Part shown: piece by piece, positions 38,591 through 47,953 of the stretch
Position numbering within the stretch: the stretch's first letter is position 1
How the letters are laid out: each line of letters starts with the position of its first letter
Assembly: GCA_963836205.1 (NCBI GenBank)
Contig: CAWIIV010000024.1
Location: forward strand, 160,001 to 224,000
Origin: an uncultured Acidimicrobiia bacterium
GTDB taxonomy: Bacteria > Actinomycetota > Acidimicrobiia > Acidimicrobiales > AC-14
DNA length: 64,000 nucleotides
Reading direction: 5' to 3'
Made by a program: the position numbers and the translations under genes
Notes under the pieces: generated by a model
What the model saw: only the letters and a program-made list of their open reading frames with translations
Database searches by the model: none
What the model was told of the DNA's origin: nothing

Positions 38591-38842
38591 ATGGGTGTCG
38601 AAAAGCTGAGCGTGTCGTTCGAACACGACCTGGGAGCGGCCATCCGGACGTCCGCGACCGGCGCCGGTCAGAGCGTCTCGGCGTGGTTGGCGGAAGCGGC
38701 CCGCAACCGACTCCGCCTGGAGGCATTGGGTGAGGCGGTGAAGGCGTGGGAGCACGTGTACGGCCCTCTCACCGATGCGGAGGTGGCCACCGCCGATCAG
38801 GTCCTGGAGGACGCCGCCGGCGAGCGTCCGGGCGAGCCGTAG
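38591..38842 (+). CDS. Ribbon-helix-helix antitoxin (VapB-like)
   Basis: EKLSVSF...SVSAWLAEAA, YGPLTDAEV; GGAGG RBS; abuts the PIN gene. Confidence 0.75.
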   Translation: MGVEKLSVSFEHDLGAAIRTSATGAGQSVSAWLAEAARNRLRLEALGEAVKAWEHVYGPLTDAEVATADQVLEDAAGERPGEP

Positions 38843-39205
38843 ATGAGCCTCGTCCTTGATTCCGGCGGCTTGCTCGCCTTCGAGCGGGGTGATCGGGAGA
38901 TCGCGGCCCTGGTGGAGGCCTCTCGTCGGCGGCGGGACCAGGTCGTCACCTCGTCGGGCTGCGTCGCTCAGGTCTGGCGGGGGGGATCGCAGGAGGCGCT
39001 GCTGGCACGACTGCTCCGCGGCGTCGACGAACGCACCCTCGATCCCGCCGCGTCCCGGGCGGCCGGCGAGCTGTGTGCCGCGGCGGCCTCGAGCGACGTG
39101 GTCGACGCCCATGTCGCCCTCCTGGCCCGGGACTGGGACGTCGTGATCACGACCGACGCCGAGAAGCTTCAGCCCCTCCTGCGGGCGAACGGCTGGCGCT
39201 GCTGA
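38843..39205 (+). CDS. PIN-domain toxin (VapC-like)
   Basis: LVLDSGGL, VAQVWRGG, DVVDAHV, ITTD. Confidence 0.78.
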   Translation: MSLVLDSGGLLAFERGDREIAALVEASRRRRDQVVTSSGCVAQVWRGGSQEALLARLLRGVDERTLDPAASRAAGELCAAAASSDVVDAHVALLARDWDVVITTDAEKLQPLLRANGWRC

Positions 39206-39240
39206 GCCGACCGCGCGGCGAGCCCAGGCCCGGATGACAC

Positions 39241-40593
39241 TCAGGTCGGGGTGATGCGCAGGCCCAGCTCGGAGAACTTGGCCAGGGCCTGGTCGTAGCC
39301 CCGCTCGAGGTGGTGGACGCCGTGGAGGATCGACGGCCCTTCGGCGGCGGCGGCGGCGATGACGTAGGCGAAGGCGCCCCGGATGTCGGGCATCTCCACC
39401 TCGGCGCCCCGTAGCCGCCGGACGCCCCGGACCAGTGCGGAGTGGGACGACCCGCTCTCCTGGAACCGGCACGCCTCGCCCACCAGGCACTGCTCGAACA
39501 GCTCCACCTCCGCCTCCATCGAGCGGAGGGCGTCGACGTAGCCCAGGCGGTCCTCGAACACCGTCTCGTGAATCACCGACATCCCCGCGGCGCGGGTGCA
39601 GAGGACGACGAGGGGCGGCTGCCAGTCGGTCATGAACCCCGGATGGGGACTGGTCTGCACCGCCGCCGGGCGCAGGACGTCGGCCTCGCACGTGATGGTG
39701 TCGTCGTCGATCTCGAAGCGGGCACCCATGCGCTGGAGGGTGGAGATGGCGGTCACCAGCCGGTCCTGGCCGCAGCCGGAGATGCGCACCCGGCCGCCGG
39801 TGGCCAGCCCCGCCACCAGGTAGGAGAAGGCCTCGATGCGGTCGCCGCCCAGCCGTTGGGTGGCGCCGGTGAGGTGGGAGACGCCCTCGATCACGAACCG
39901 GCGGTCGGGTTGGAGCTCGATGCGGGCGCCCATGCGCTGCAACAACAGCGCCAGCTCGACCACCTCGGGTTCGACCGCGGCGTTGTCGAGAATGGTGCGG
40001 CCCTCGGCGACGGCCGCCGTCATCAGCACCGTCTCGGTGGCGCCCACGCTGGGGAAGGGGAGTGCGAAGTGGGCCCCGTGGAGGCGGAGGGCCTTGGCCT
40101 CCAGCCCCTCGTCGGTGAGCTCGACCTCGGCCCCGAACTGGCGCAGGGCCTGGACGTGGAAGTCGACCGGTCGGGCCCCGATGCGGTCGCCGCCCACCAG
40201 GGGGACGAACGCCTCGCCGATGCGGTGCAGCAAGGGACCGACCATGAGGATGGGAACCCGGTTGAGGCCGGTGTACGACACCGGGATGCGGCTGCCGGTG
40301 GTGGACTCCGGGTCGACCGTCACCGAGTCGCCGTCGATCTCCACGCCTGCACCCAGGGAACGCAGCATGCCGGCGGTGATGTCGACGTCGCCCAGCCGGG
40401 GGGCGTTGCGCACGACGCTCGGCGTATCCGCCAGCAGGGCCGCCACCATGAGCTTGGTGACCGCGTTCTTCGACCCCGAGATGCGGACGTCGCCCCGGAG
40501 CGGCCCCACCGGGTCGATCCCCCACGTGACGTGGCCGGGGGAGCTGGGCGGGGGCTGGTGGGGGTTCACCGGCTCGGGCACGGCGGCCATCAT
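39241..40593 (-). CDS. murA: UDP-N-acetylglucosamine 1-carboxyvinyltransferase
   Basis: GSKNA, GGDRIGARP, PSVGATE, DRIEA, PGFMTDWQ, DIRG, LERGY. Confidence 0.95.
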   Translation of the reverse strand: MMAAVPEPVNPHQPPPSSPGHVTWGIDPVGPLRGDVRISGSKNAVTKLMVAALLADTPSVVRNAPRLGDVDITAGMLRSLGAGVEIDGDSVTVDPESTTGSRIPVSYTGLNRVPILMVGPLLHRIGEAFVPLVGGDRIGARPVDFHVQALRQFGAEVELTDEGLEAKALRLHGAHFALPFPSVGATETVLMTAAVAEGRTILDNAAVEPEVVELALLLQRMGARIELQPDRRFVIEGVSHLTGATQRLGGDRIEAFSYLVAGLATGGRVRISGCGQDRLVTAISTLQRMGARFEIDDDTITCEADVLRPAAVQTSPHPGFMTDWQPPLVVLCTRAAGMSVIHETVFEDRLGYVDALRSMEAEVELFEQCLVGEACRFQESGSSHSALVRGVRRLRGAEVEMPDIRGAFAYVIAAAAAEGPSILHGVHHLERGYDQALAKFSELGLRITPT

Positions 40594-42932
40594 GGCACCG
40601 GGTGGTCGCCGTCCTCGACCGGCGACGGCTCCAGGCCGGCCGGGAGGGGGAGCGACGACACCACCCGCAGCCGGCGGGTGGTGCGGGTGAGGGCCAGGTA
40701 GAGCGCCCGCCAGCCGTGGGGGTACTCGGCCACGATCGCGGCCGGCTCGACCACCACCACCGAGTCGAACTCCAGGCCCTTGGCCTGCTGTACCGGCAGT
40801 ACCGCCAGCGGCGCGTCGAGCATCTCCGGACCCTTCCCCGCAGACGCCAACACCGAACGGACGAGCCCGAGCATCGACGGCGACGTGAGGACTGCCACCT
40901 TCCCGTCGGGGACGGCCTCCCGCTCGATCCGGGCCGCCTCCCGGATGGCCGCCCCGAGAGAGTCAGCATCGAGGCCGCTGGCGTGCACCGCGGTGAACAC
41001 CGGGTGGACTCCCGCCTGGCGGACCGATCGGGACGGGGTGAGCTCGGGGGCGGCCACGGCCAGCACCCGGGCGGCCACGTCCATCACCTCCGAGGGCGTG
41101 CGGTAGTTGACGGTGAGCTCGGCCCGGCGCGCCGGGCGCCGATCGGACGACGGCAGGTGGGCCACCACCTCGTCCCACGAGCCCGGCGCCCACGAGCCGC
41201 TGGCCTGGCCCAGGTCGCCCACGATCGTGAGCGACCCGCTCGGCACCCGCCGGCCGACCATCCGCAGCTGCATCGGCGAAAGGTCCTGGGCCTCGTCGAT
41301 CAGGACGTGGCCGAACGTGCGGTTCCAGAGCTCGAGGCCCTCCTCTTCGCCATTCGTCTCCCGAGGGTCGATGGCCTCCAGATGGCGGAGGACGTCGCGG
41401 CGCATCTGGGCGTCGAGATCGCCCATCTCCGCCACCACCTTCTCCCGCTCCCAGCCCGCGGGCCCGTCGCCGTCGCGCGGGCCCACCCGTCGCTTCCGGG
41501 CGACGGTACCGAGGTGGACCACGGCCTCGTCGAGAAGGGGCAGGTCGGCCTCGGTCCAGGGCACGTCGGCCACCCGCTCCGACCGGGGCCGGTGGAGAAG
41601 GGCGACCTCGCCGTCGTCGAGCACACCCCGTCCCGCCAGGCGGATGAGGGCGGGCCAGCCGAACAGGTCGTGGAGGAGCTCCTCCGGGGTGAGCAACGGC
41701 CACATCCGCTCGAGGGCCGTCACCACCGTCCGGTCGGCCCGCAGGGTCCGGCCGATGGCATCCCGTCCCTCCTGGCCGGTGTCGTCGTCCTCCAGCTGGA
41801 GCTGGCCCATGAGGTGGCGCACGACCGACCGCTCCACCTGCGACCGCCGCTCGTTGTGGGTGCCCCGCCGGCGCTTGACCCCTTCCACGATGCGACGGGA
41901 GTCGCGCACCGGCAGCCGCACCCGCTGGCCGTTCCACAGCAGGCTGACGGCCTCGCGCAGGCCTCGCTCCCGGTCGCCGACGGCCTGGGCCATCACCCGG
42001 GCCATGCGGGCGTCACCCTTGAGCCGGGCCGCCTCGGGGGTGTCGACCCCCCGGACGGGCGTGGGCACCAGGTCGGCGGGCGTGGCCAGGTTGACCGTGT
42101 GCTCGCCCAGGGCGGGCAGGACCTGCTCGATGTAGCGCAGGAAGATGCGGCTGGGCCCGATGAGCAGGACCCCCGCCCGCTCCAGGGGGAAGCGGAACGT
42201 GTAGAGCAGGTAGGCGGCCCGGTGGAGGGCGACCGCGGTCTTGCCCGTCCCCGGGCCGCCCTGCACGACCACGATCCCGGGCAGCGGCGACCGGACGATC
42301 TCGTCCTGCTCCCGCTGGATGGTGGCCACGATGTCGGCCATCCGCCCCGAGCGCGACCGTTCGAGGGCGGCCAGCAGCGCCCCCTCGCCCACCAGGACCA
42401 GGTCGTCGCCGGTGGGCTCGGCCGTGAGCAGCTCGTCGTCGAGGCCGGTGAGGGTGCGGCCCCGGAGGATGAAGTGGCGGCGGCGGACGAGACCCATGGG
42501 CGCCCCCGGCGTGGCCCGGTAGAAGGGCTCCGCCGCCGGTGCCCGCCAGTCGACCACGAGGGGCTCGTTGTCCTCGTCGGAGATGGCCAGCCGGCCGATG
42601 TAGCGCCGGTCGCCGTCGGACGCGTCGGTCCGCCCGAACACCAGCCCGGCCTCGCCCACCTGGAGCGTCGCCAGCCGCCGTTCGGTCAGCTGGACCCGGA
42701 CGTCACGTTCGAGGCGGGCCTGGTGGGTGCCGCCGGGGGTGGTCTCGAGGACGTCGGCGGACACGGCGCGGGCCGCGTCCCGCATGGCTTCCAGGCGGGA
42801 GTAGGCGCGGTCGACGACTGCCTGTTCGGCCTGAATCTCGGGAGTGGACGTGGTCGTGGTTCCTTTGCGGGCTGCGAGAGGGAGCCATCGAGTGTCACCA
42901 CTCCCGGGGCCGGGAGCAAACTGGAGGCCCAT
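40590..42932 (-). CDS. HelD/HelR-like SF1 helicase-like protein (start uncertain, possibly near 42857)
   Basis: YIGR..VDWRAP, MADIVATIQREQD, GGPGTGKT, DEAQD, NYRTP, KGLEFD, LYLALTR. Confidence 0.9.
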   Translation of the reverse strand: MGLQFAPGPGSGDTRWLPLAARKGTTTTSTPEIQAEQAVVDRAYSRLEAMRDAARAVSADVLETTPGGTHQARLERDVRVQLTERRLATLQVGEAGLVFGRTDASDGDRRYIGRLAISDEDNEPLVVDWRAPAAEPFYRATPGAPMGLVRRRHFILRGRTLTGLDDELLTAEPTGDDLVLVGEGALLAALERSRSGRMADIVATIQREQDEIVRSPLPGIVVVQGGPGTGKTAVALHRAAYLLYTFRFPLERAGVLLIGPSRIFLRYIEQVLPALGEHTVNLATPADLVPTPVRGVDTPEAARLKGDARMARVMAQAVGDRERGLREAVSLLWNGQRVRLPVRDSRRIVEGVKRRRGTHNERRSQVERSVVRHLMGQLQLEDDDTGQEGRDAIGRTLRADRTVVTALERMWPLLTPEELLHDLFGWPALIRLAGRGVLDDGEVALLHRPRSERVADVPWTEADLPLLDEAVVHLGTVARKRRVGPRDGDGPAGWEREKVVAEMGDLDAQMRRDVLRHLEAIDPRETNGEEEGLELWNRTFGHVLIDEAQDLSPMQLRMVGRRVPSGSLTIVGDLGQASGSWAPGSWDEVVAHLPSSDRRPARRAELTVNYRTPSEVMDVAARVLAVAAPELTPSRSVRQAGVHPVFTAVHASGLDADSLGAAIREAARIEREAVPDGKVAVLTSPSMLGLVRSVLASAGKGPEMLDAPLAVLPVQQAKGLEFDSVVVVEPAAIVAEYPHGWRALYLALTRTTRRLRVVSSLPLPAGLEPSPVEDGDHPVP

Positions 42933-43018
42933 CCGGACTGCGGTCGGACCCGGCGATCAGGTCGATCGACCTACCCGGGGCGCTCCACCGGCGCCGGTTT
43001 TCTGCCGATAGGATCGAC

Positions 43019-43504
43019 ATGGTGCACCTCTCCCCCAGCAGCCTGCTTGAGCGGGCGCGCACGCCGGGCGGGCGCAAGCTCGTCCGCTACAGCCTGGTCT
43101 CGGTGGTCTCGGTCGTCGTGTCGCAGGTCATACTGTTCGTGGCCCAGTTCCAGTGGTCGGCCCGGTCGTCGAACATCATCGCGGTGTGCCTGTCGGCGGT
43201 GCCGTCGTACCAGCTCAACCGGGCGTGGGCCTGGGGCAAGACCGGCCGCTCCCACCTGATGAAGGAGATCGTCCCCTTCTGGGGGATGGCCCTGCTGGGG
43301 CTCATCCTGTCCACCTGGTCGGCCGACTTCGCCGAGAGCCACGCGGCCTCGATCACCTCGTCGGCGCTGGGCCAGAAGCTGGTCGTCAACTTCGCCGCCC
43401 TGGCCGCCTTCGGCGTGCTCTGGATCGGCAAGTTCGTCATCCTCAACCGGGTGCTGTTCGCCCACCCCGGTCACCCGGCCCCGCCGCCCGAACCCGTCAC
43501 CTGA
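43019..43504 (+). CDS. GtrA family membrane protein
   Basis: KLVRYSLVS, SYQLNRAWAW, KFVILNRVLF; 4 TM. Confidence 0.85.
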   Translation: MVHLSPSSLLERARTPGGRKLVRYSLVSVVSVVVSQVILFVAQFQWSARSSNIIAVCLSAVPSYQLNRAWAWGKTGRSHLMKEIVPFWGMALLGLILSTWSADFAESHAASITSSALGQKLVVNFAALAAFGVLWIGKFVILNRVLFAHPGHPAPPPEPVT

Positions 43505-43535
43505 GCTGACCCCGGCTCCGCTGACTCCCCGGCTG

Positions 43536-43964
43536 GTGGTGGCCCTTCTCGTGCTGGCCCTGGCTGCGGCGTGCAACGGGTCGGGATCGGACGGCTCGTC
43601 CTCGTCCACCGACACCACCGGGGCGACGATCGTGGTCGCCGGCGACGCCGTGCCCGTCGCCCAGATGACCGACGCCCTGGCCAACCTGTGCCTTGCGCGC
43701 GACGACGCTGCCGACCGGCAGCAGGCGGCGGAGGCCCGTTTCTTCGACCGGTCGCACGCCACGCTGCACGTCGTCGCCGCCGCCCTGGAGGACGTCGACC
43801 GGCCCCTGGCCGGCCGCCTGTTGGAGGCCAAGCAGAAGGTGGAGGCCGACTTCTCCGGCCTGGCCAGCGGGGCGCGGGTGCGCGACGACCTGGGCGCGCT
43901 GGTGGCGGTCACCGGCGACGGCCTCGACCGACTTGCGGTTCCCCGGCCGCCCTGCGCCAAATGA
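43536..43964 (+). CDS. Putative lipoprotein
   Basis: Lipobox LAAAC; helical domain with FFDRSHATLH. Confidence 0.7.
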   Translation: MVALLVLALAAACNGSGSDGSSSSTDTTGATIVVAGDAVPVAQMTDALANLCLARDDAADRQQAAEARFFDRSHATLHVVAAALEDVDRPLAGRLLEAKQKVEADFSGLASGARVRDDLGALVAVTGDGLDRLAVPRPPCAK

Positions 43965-44983
43965 GCCTCATGCAGTCGTTCCGGCGCCCGGTCGCGGCGT
44001 GCGTGTTGGGCCTGTTCCTGGTCCTGGCCGCGTGCTCGTCCGACAACGGCTCGTCCGACAACGGCTCGTCCGTCACCACTCAGACCGAACCCCCGCCCGA
44101 CGCCGACGACCTGGTCGTGCAGGTGGCCAGCTACGACCTGGCCGTCGGGCCACCGGCGCGGGTCATCGTCGGCGTCCAGGCGGGCGACATGCGGGTCGTG
44201 GCCTTCGGGTCGGTCGCCGTCCGCTTCAGCTACCTGGGCACGCGGGAGGCGCCCATAGAGTCGCCCGTGCCGGGCCCGCCGGTCACGGCCACCTACCTGC
44301 CCATTCCCGGCACTGCGGACGCTCCCGTCGGCGTGACCGCGCCCCAACTGGTGAGCGGGGCCCAGGCTCGGGGTGTTTACGCGACATCGGTCGGGTTCGA
44401 CAAGGCCGGGTTCTGGCGGGCGGAGGTCACCGTCACCCTCGACGGCGAGGATCGGCGGGGCACGGGTGCGTTCGCCGTCGTCCCCGAGCACGTCGTCCCC
44501 GCCCCCGGCGGGCCTGCCCCCCGGACCCAGAACCTCACCATGGACTCGCCCGCCGACATCCCCCGGGGCGCCATCGACTCCCGGGCGGGGAGCGACGGCT
44601 CCCAACCCATCACCGACCCCGAGCTCCACGCGACGACGGTGGCCGCCGCCCTCGACGCGGGCCGGCCGGTGGTGCTCGCGATCGCCACACCGGTGTACTG
44701 CACCAGTCGCTTCTGCGGACCGATCACCGACATGGTGCAGGAGCTGTCCCACGTCTACGGCGACCGGGCCACGTTCGTCCACATCGAGGTGTGGCGGGAC
44801 TTCCAGAACACGGTGATGAACCAGTCCGCGGCCGAGTGGATCTACCAGAGCCGCACGGGCGACATCACCGAGCCCTGGGTCTTCGTCGTCGACTCGAACG
44901 GGACGGTGACCGCCCGCTTCGACAACGTCGCGACCCGGGCCGAGCTCGAGCCTCTCCTCCAGGCTCTGCCCGTCCTGCCGTAG
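43961..44983 (+). CDS. Lipoprotein with C-terminal thioredoxin-like domain
   Basis: Lipobox LAAC; ATPVYCTSRFCGP, FVHIEVW, TEPWVFVVD. Confidence 0.78.
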   Translation: MSLMQSFRRPVAACVLGLFLVLAACSSDNGSSDNGSSVTTQTEPPPDADDLVVQVASYDLAVGPPARVIVGVQAGDMRVVAFGSVAVRFSYLGTREAPIESPVPGPPVTATYLPIPGTADAPVGVTAPQLVSGAQARGVYATSVGFDKAGFWRAEVTVTLDGEDRRGTGAFAVVPEHVVPAPGGPAPRTQNLTMDSPADIPRGAIDSRAGSDGSQPITDPELHATTVAAALDAGRPVVLAIATPVYCTSRFCGPITDMVQELSHVYGDRATFVHIEVWRDFQNTVMNQSAAEWIYQSRTGDITEPWVFVVDSNGTVTARFDNVATRAELEPLLQALPVLP

Positions 44984-45008
44984 GTCCGGCCGAGGCCGGT
45001 TGGCGGGC

Positions 45009-45059
45009 CGAACCGGTGACACTTTCGGGTCCTCTGACACCCGAAAACGTCACCGGTTG
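45009..45059. repeat. REP/MITE-like imperfect palindrome, family A copy 2 (possible bidirectional terminator)
   Basis: aaccggtgacactttcgggt-cctctgac-acccgaaaacgtcaccggtt between convergent genes. Confidence 0.72.
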
Positions 45060-45078
45060 GCGGGCTGGGGTGGGGCGG

Positions 45079-46305
45079 TCAGACCCCCCCGATCGGGGCC
45101 GGCGGGGGACTGGTGCGGCGGAGGTAGTTTGGGCGGTCGGTGTCGTCGGGGGGGTCGGGGAGGCGGCCGGCGAGGCGGGCCGCGGCCCAGACGCCGAGCA
45201 GGTTGCCCGGGGGGAGGGCGCGGACGACGGCCTCCAGGTCGGCCCGGCCGCCCTCCGGGTCACCGGCGCCCAGGCGGGCCAGGCCCCGCCCGTAGCGGAC
45301 CCGGGCGTCGTCGACCACCGGCGCGTGCACCTGGTCGAAGGCGGCCAGGGCGTGGGTCGGGCGCTCCATCGAGGCCAGGGCCAGGCCCTGGTTGGCCCAC
45401 AGCCGCTGCACCACCTCGACGTCGCCGGGTCCCGCGGCCTTCACCCCCGCCTCAGTGGCCATGGCCGCCGACGACCACCGGGACTCCATGATCGCCAGCC
45501 GGGCCCGGGCCAGGTGGATGCGGGCGGTGGGGGCTGCGTCAGGGGCAGCGGCCTCGTCGAGCGTCGACCGGGCCAGGCCCAGGTCGCCCCGGCGGCCGTA
45601 CAGGGCGGCCAGTTCGAGCCACGCCTGCTCGTCGGCGGGCGACTCCCGGACCGTCCGCCGCAGGTCCGCCACTCGTTCGCCCTCGCCCGACGCCACCGCG
45701 AACAGGGCGTGGCGAACCGTCCCCCGCCACCACCGCCACAGCCCGGCGAGGAGCGCGGCGTGGCCGACGGCGGTGGCCCAGGCCAGGGTGGGCGCGGCCG
45801 CGAAGTCGTAGATGACGACCCAGTCGCCCCAGTTCGACGACAGCGACAGCAGCGGGTACCCGACCAGGGCGTAGCCGACCTGGAGCGTCCCCCCCAGGAT
45901 CAGCACGTACCGGACGCCGGGACGCATTCGCCCGCGGGCCAGCCCGATGGCGGCCAGGCCCATTCCGACGGCGGCACCGAGCACGTTGCCGGCCAAGGCC
46001 ACGAACCAGGCCTGGCCGGCGGTGATCTCGCCGACGTAGCCGACCGAGCCCTCGAAGAACCCGTAGTGGAAGCTGGTGACCCGGGCCCCCACCGCCATCA
46101 CCGCCCCCACGTGTCCCAGCTCGTGGATCAACACCACCACCGGGGGGACGAGGAACACCCCTGCCCGGGTGGCTAGCCGCTTGTCCTCGGCGGTGAAGTC
46201 TCGGTCGAAGAAGGTATGCCGCGAGCGGACCAGGGCGACCAAGGTGGCCAGCGCGGCCAGTCCCATGAGGACGTCGACCGCGGTCGACTGGGGGTCGAAG
46301 GGCAC
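45079..46305 (-). CDS. Membrane M50-like metallopeptidase with C-terminal TPR repeats
   Basis: LIHELGH, VALAG, GDW motif, TPR-like helices; leaderless with TAGGCT -10. Confidence 0.8.
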   Translation of the reverse strand: MPFDPQSTAVDVLMGLAALATLVALVRSRHTFFDRDFTAEDKRLATRAGVFLVPPVVVLIHELGHVGAVMAVGARVTSFHYGFFEGSVGYVGEITAGQAWFVALAGNVLGAAVGMGLAAIGLARGRMRPGVRYVLILGGTLQVGYALVGYPLLSLSSNWGDWVVIYDFAAAPTLAWATAVGHAALLAGLWRWWRGTVRHALFAVASGEGERVADLRRTVRESPADEQAWLELAALYGRRGDLGLARSTLDEAAAPDAAPTARIHLARARLAIMESRWSSAAMATEAGVKAAGPGDVEVVQRLWANQGLALASMERPTHALAAFDQVHAPVVDDARVRYGRGLARLGAGDPEGGRADLEAVVRALPPGNLLGVWAAARLAGRLPDPPDDTDRPNYLRRTSPPPAPIGGV

Positions 46306-46372
46306 CTTCCGAGCCTAGGAGCGTCCGGGTACAGTCGACCGGCAGGGGAGCACTGAGGGGGCTGGTCCGGAC

Positions 46373-47797
46373 ATGGCGCGCTACGACCTGGTGATCATCG
46401 GCATGGGCTCGGGCGGGATGATCGGAGCCGAGTTCGCGGCCACCATCGGCCTGCGGGTGGCCGTGGTCGAACGGGACCGGGTCGGCGGCGACTGCCTCTG
46501 GACCGGGTGCGTGCCGAGCAAGGCCCTGCTGGCGTCGGCCAAGGCCGCCCACATCATGCGGGTGGCCGACACCTACGGCCTGCCGTCGGTGGTTCCCGAG
46601 ATCGACACGTCACTGGTGTGGAAGCGCATCCGGGCCATCCAGCAGGAGATCGCGTCCACCGACGACGACCCCGAGCGCTTCGCGGTCGACGGGGTGGAGA
46701 TCGTGCGGGGCGTGGCCCGCATCGTGGGGCCCAACACCGTTCAGGTCATGGGCGAGGGCGCCGCCGGCCAGGACCGCGACCTCGAGGCCCGCTTCATCCT
46801 GGTCTGCACCGGCAGCCGGCCGGTGGTCCCTCCCATCGAGGGCCTCAAGGAGGCCGGCTTCCTCACCAGCGAGACGCTCTGGGACCTGGAGCGGGCGCCC
46901 GCCACCATCGTCATGATCGGCGCCGGACCGATCGCCACCGAGATGTCGCAGGCCTTCACCCGGCTGGGCATCGGCACGACCGTCCTCCAGAAGGGTCCCC
47001 GGATCCTGCCCCGGGACGAGCCCGACCTGGTCGACATCCTGGTGGCCAAGCTGCGGTCGGAGGGTGTCGACCTGCACTTCGACGTGGAGATCGAGCGGGT
47101 GGCGGTGTCCGGCAACCGCAAGATCGTCTTCGGCAGCGAGAACGGCGTGCCCGCCCGGTGGGAGGGCGAGGAGCTGCTGGTGGCCACCGGCCGCCGCCCC
47201 AACGTGGAGGGGCTGGGGCTGGAGGAGGTGGGGGTGAAGGTCGGGCGCACGGGCATCGAGGTCGACGAGCGCATGCGCACGGCGGTGCCGTCGATCTACG
47301 CCGCCGGCGACGTGGCCGGCCGCTTCCTCTTCACCCACTCCGCCGGCTACGAGGCGGTGCGGGCGGTGCGCGACGCCTTTTACCCGGGCAAGGGCAAGGT
47401 CACCGACTTCGTGCCGTGGTGCACGTTCACCGACCCCGAGCTGGCCCACGCCGGACTCACCGTGGCCGAGGCGGAGCAGAAGTACGGCGACGACGTCGAG
47501 GTCTACCGCCTCGACCTCTCCCACTCCGACCGGGCCCGGGCCGACAACGCCACCGAGGGCGCCATCGTGGTGGTGACGGCCAAGGGCAAGGTGGTCGGCG
47601 CCCACATCCTGGCCCCGTCGGCCGGGGAGATGATCCACGAGCTGGCCCTGGCCATCAACGAGGGGCTGAAGCTGGCCGAGGTGGCCAGCCTCATCCACGT
47701 CTACCCGACGCTGTCGACCCACATCGGCCAGTTGGCCGGCGAGGCCGCATTCGAGGGAGCCAGGAAGCTGCGCTGGCTGGTCCGCAAGGAGAAGTAG
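46373..47797 (+). CDS. Class I pyridine nucleotide-disulfide oxidoreductase (dihydrolipoyl dehydrogenase family)
   Basis: GMGSGG, GGDCLWTGCVPSK, ATGRRPN, YAAGD, IHVYPT. Confidence 0.9.
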   Translation: MARYDLVIIGMGSGGMIGAEFAATIGLRVAVVERDRVGGDCLWTGCVPSKALLASAKAAHIMRVADTYGLPSVVPEIDTSLVWKRIRAIQQEIASTDDDPERFAVDGVEIVRGVARIVGPNTVQVMGEGAAGQDRDLEARFILVCTGSRPVVPPIEGLKEAGFLTSETLWDLERAPATIVMIGAGPIATEMSQAFTRLGIGTTVLQKGPRILPRDEPDLVDILVAKLRSEGVDLHFDVEIERVAVSGNRKIVFGSENGVPARWEGEELLVATGRRPNVEGLGLEEVGVKVGRTGIEVDERMRTAVPSIYAAGDVAGRFLFTHSAGYEAVRAVRDAFYPGKGKVTDFVPWCTFTDPELAHAGLTVAEAEQKYGDDVEVYRLDLSHSDRARADNATEGAIVVVTAKGKVVGAHILAPSAGEMIHELALAINEGLKLAEVASLIHVYPTLSTHIGQLAGEAAFEGARKLRWLVRKEK

Positions 47798-47825
47798 GCG
47801 GCGCCGGCGCCGGGGCCGGGCGACG

Positions 47826-47946
47826 TCAGCGGAATGGCACGACGCTTTCCGTGATCCGAATGTTCCGTGCGGCGGAATGGACGTGATCGGAGCCGAAACG
47901 GGCTATTTCACGACGTTTGGAGTGATCTGAACGCTTCGTGCGCTGA
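47826..47946. repeat. Degenerate palindromic/duplicated intergenic element between convergent genes
   Basis: Terminal tcagcg...cgctga; internal duplications gcggaatgg (x2) and cacgacg...gtgatc.gaa...cgtgcg (x2). Confidence 0.5.
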
Positions 47947-47953
47947 CCCTGGA

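Noticed and set aside
42840-43018. Rifamycin-associated element upstream of the HelD-like gene (HelR)
   Set aside because: No RAE-like inverted repeat recognised, so the gene is left as generic HelD-like.
46373-47797. Mercuric reductase MerA
   Set aside because: Lacks the C-terminal vicinal Cys pair and mer operon context.
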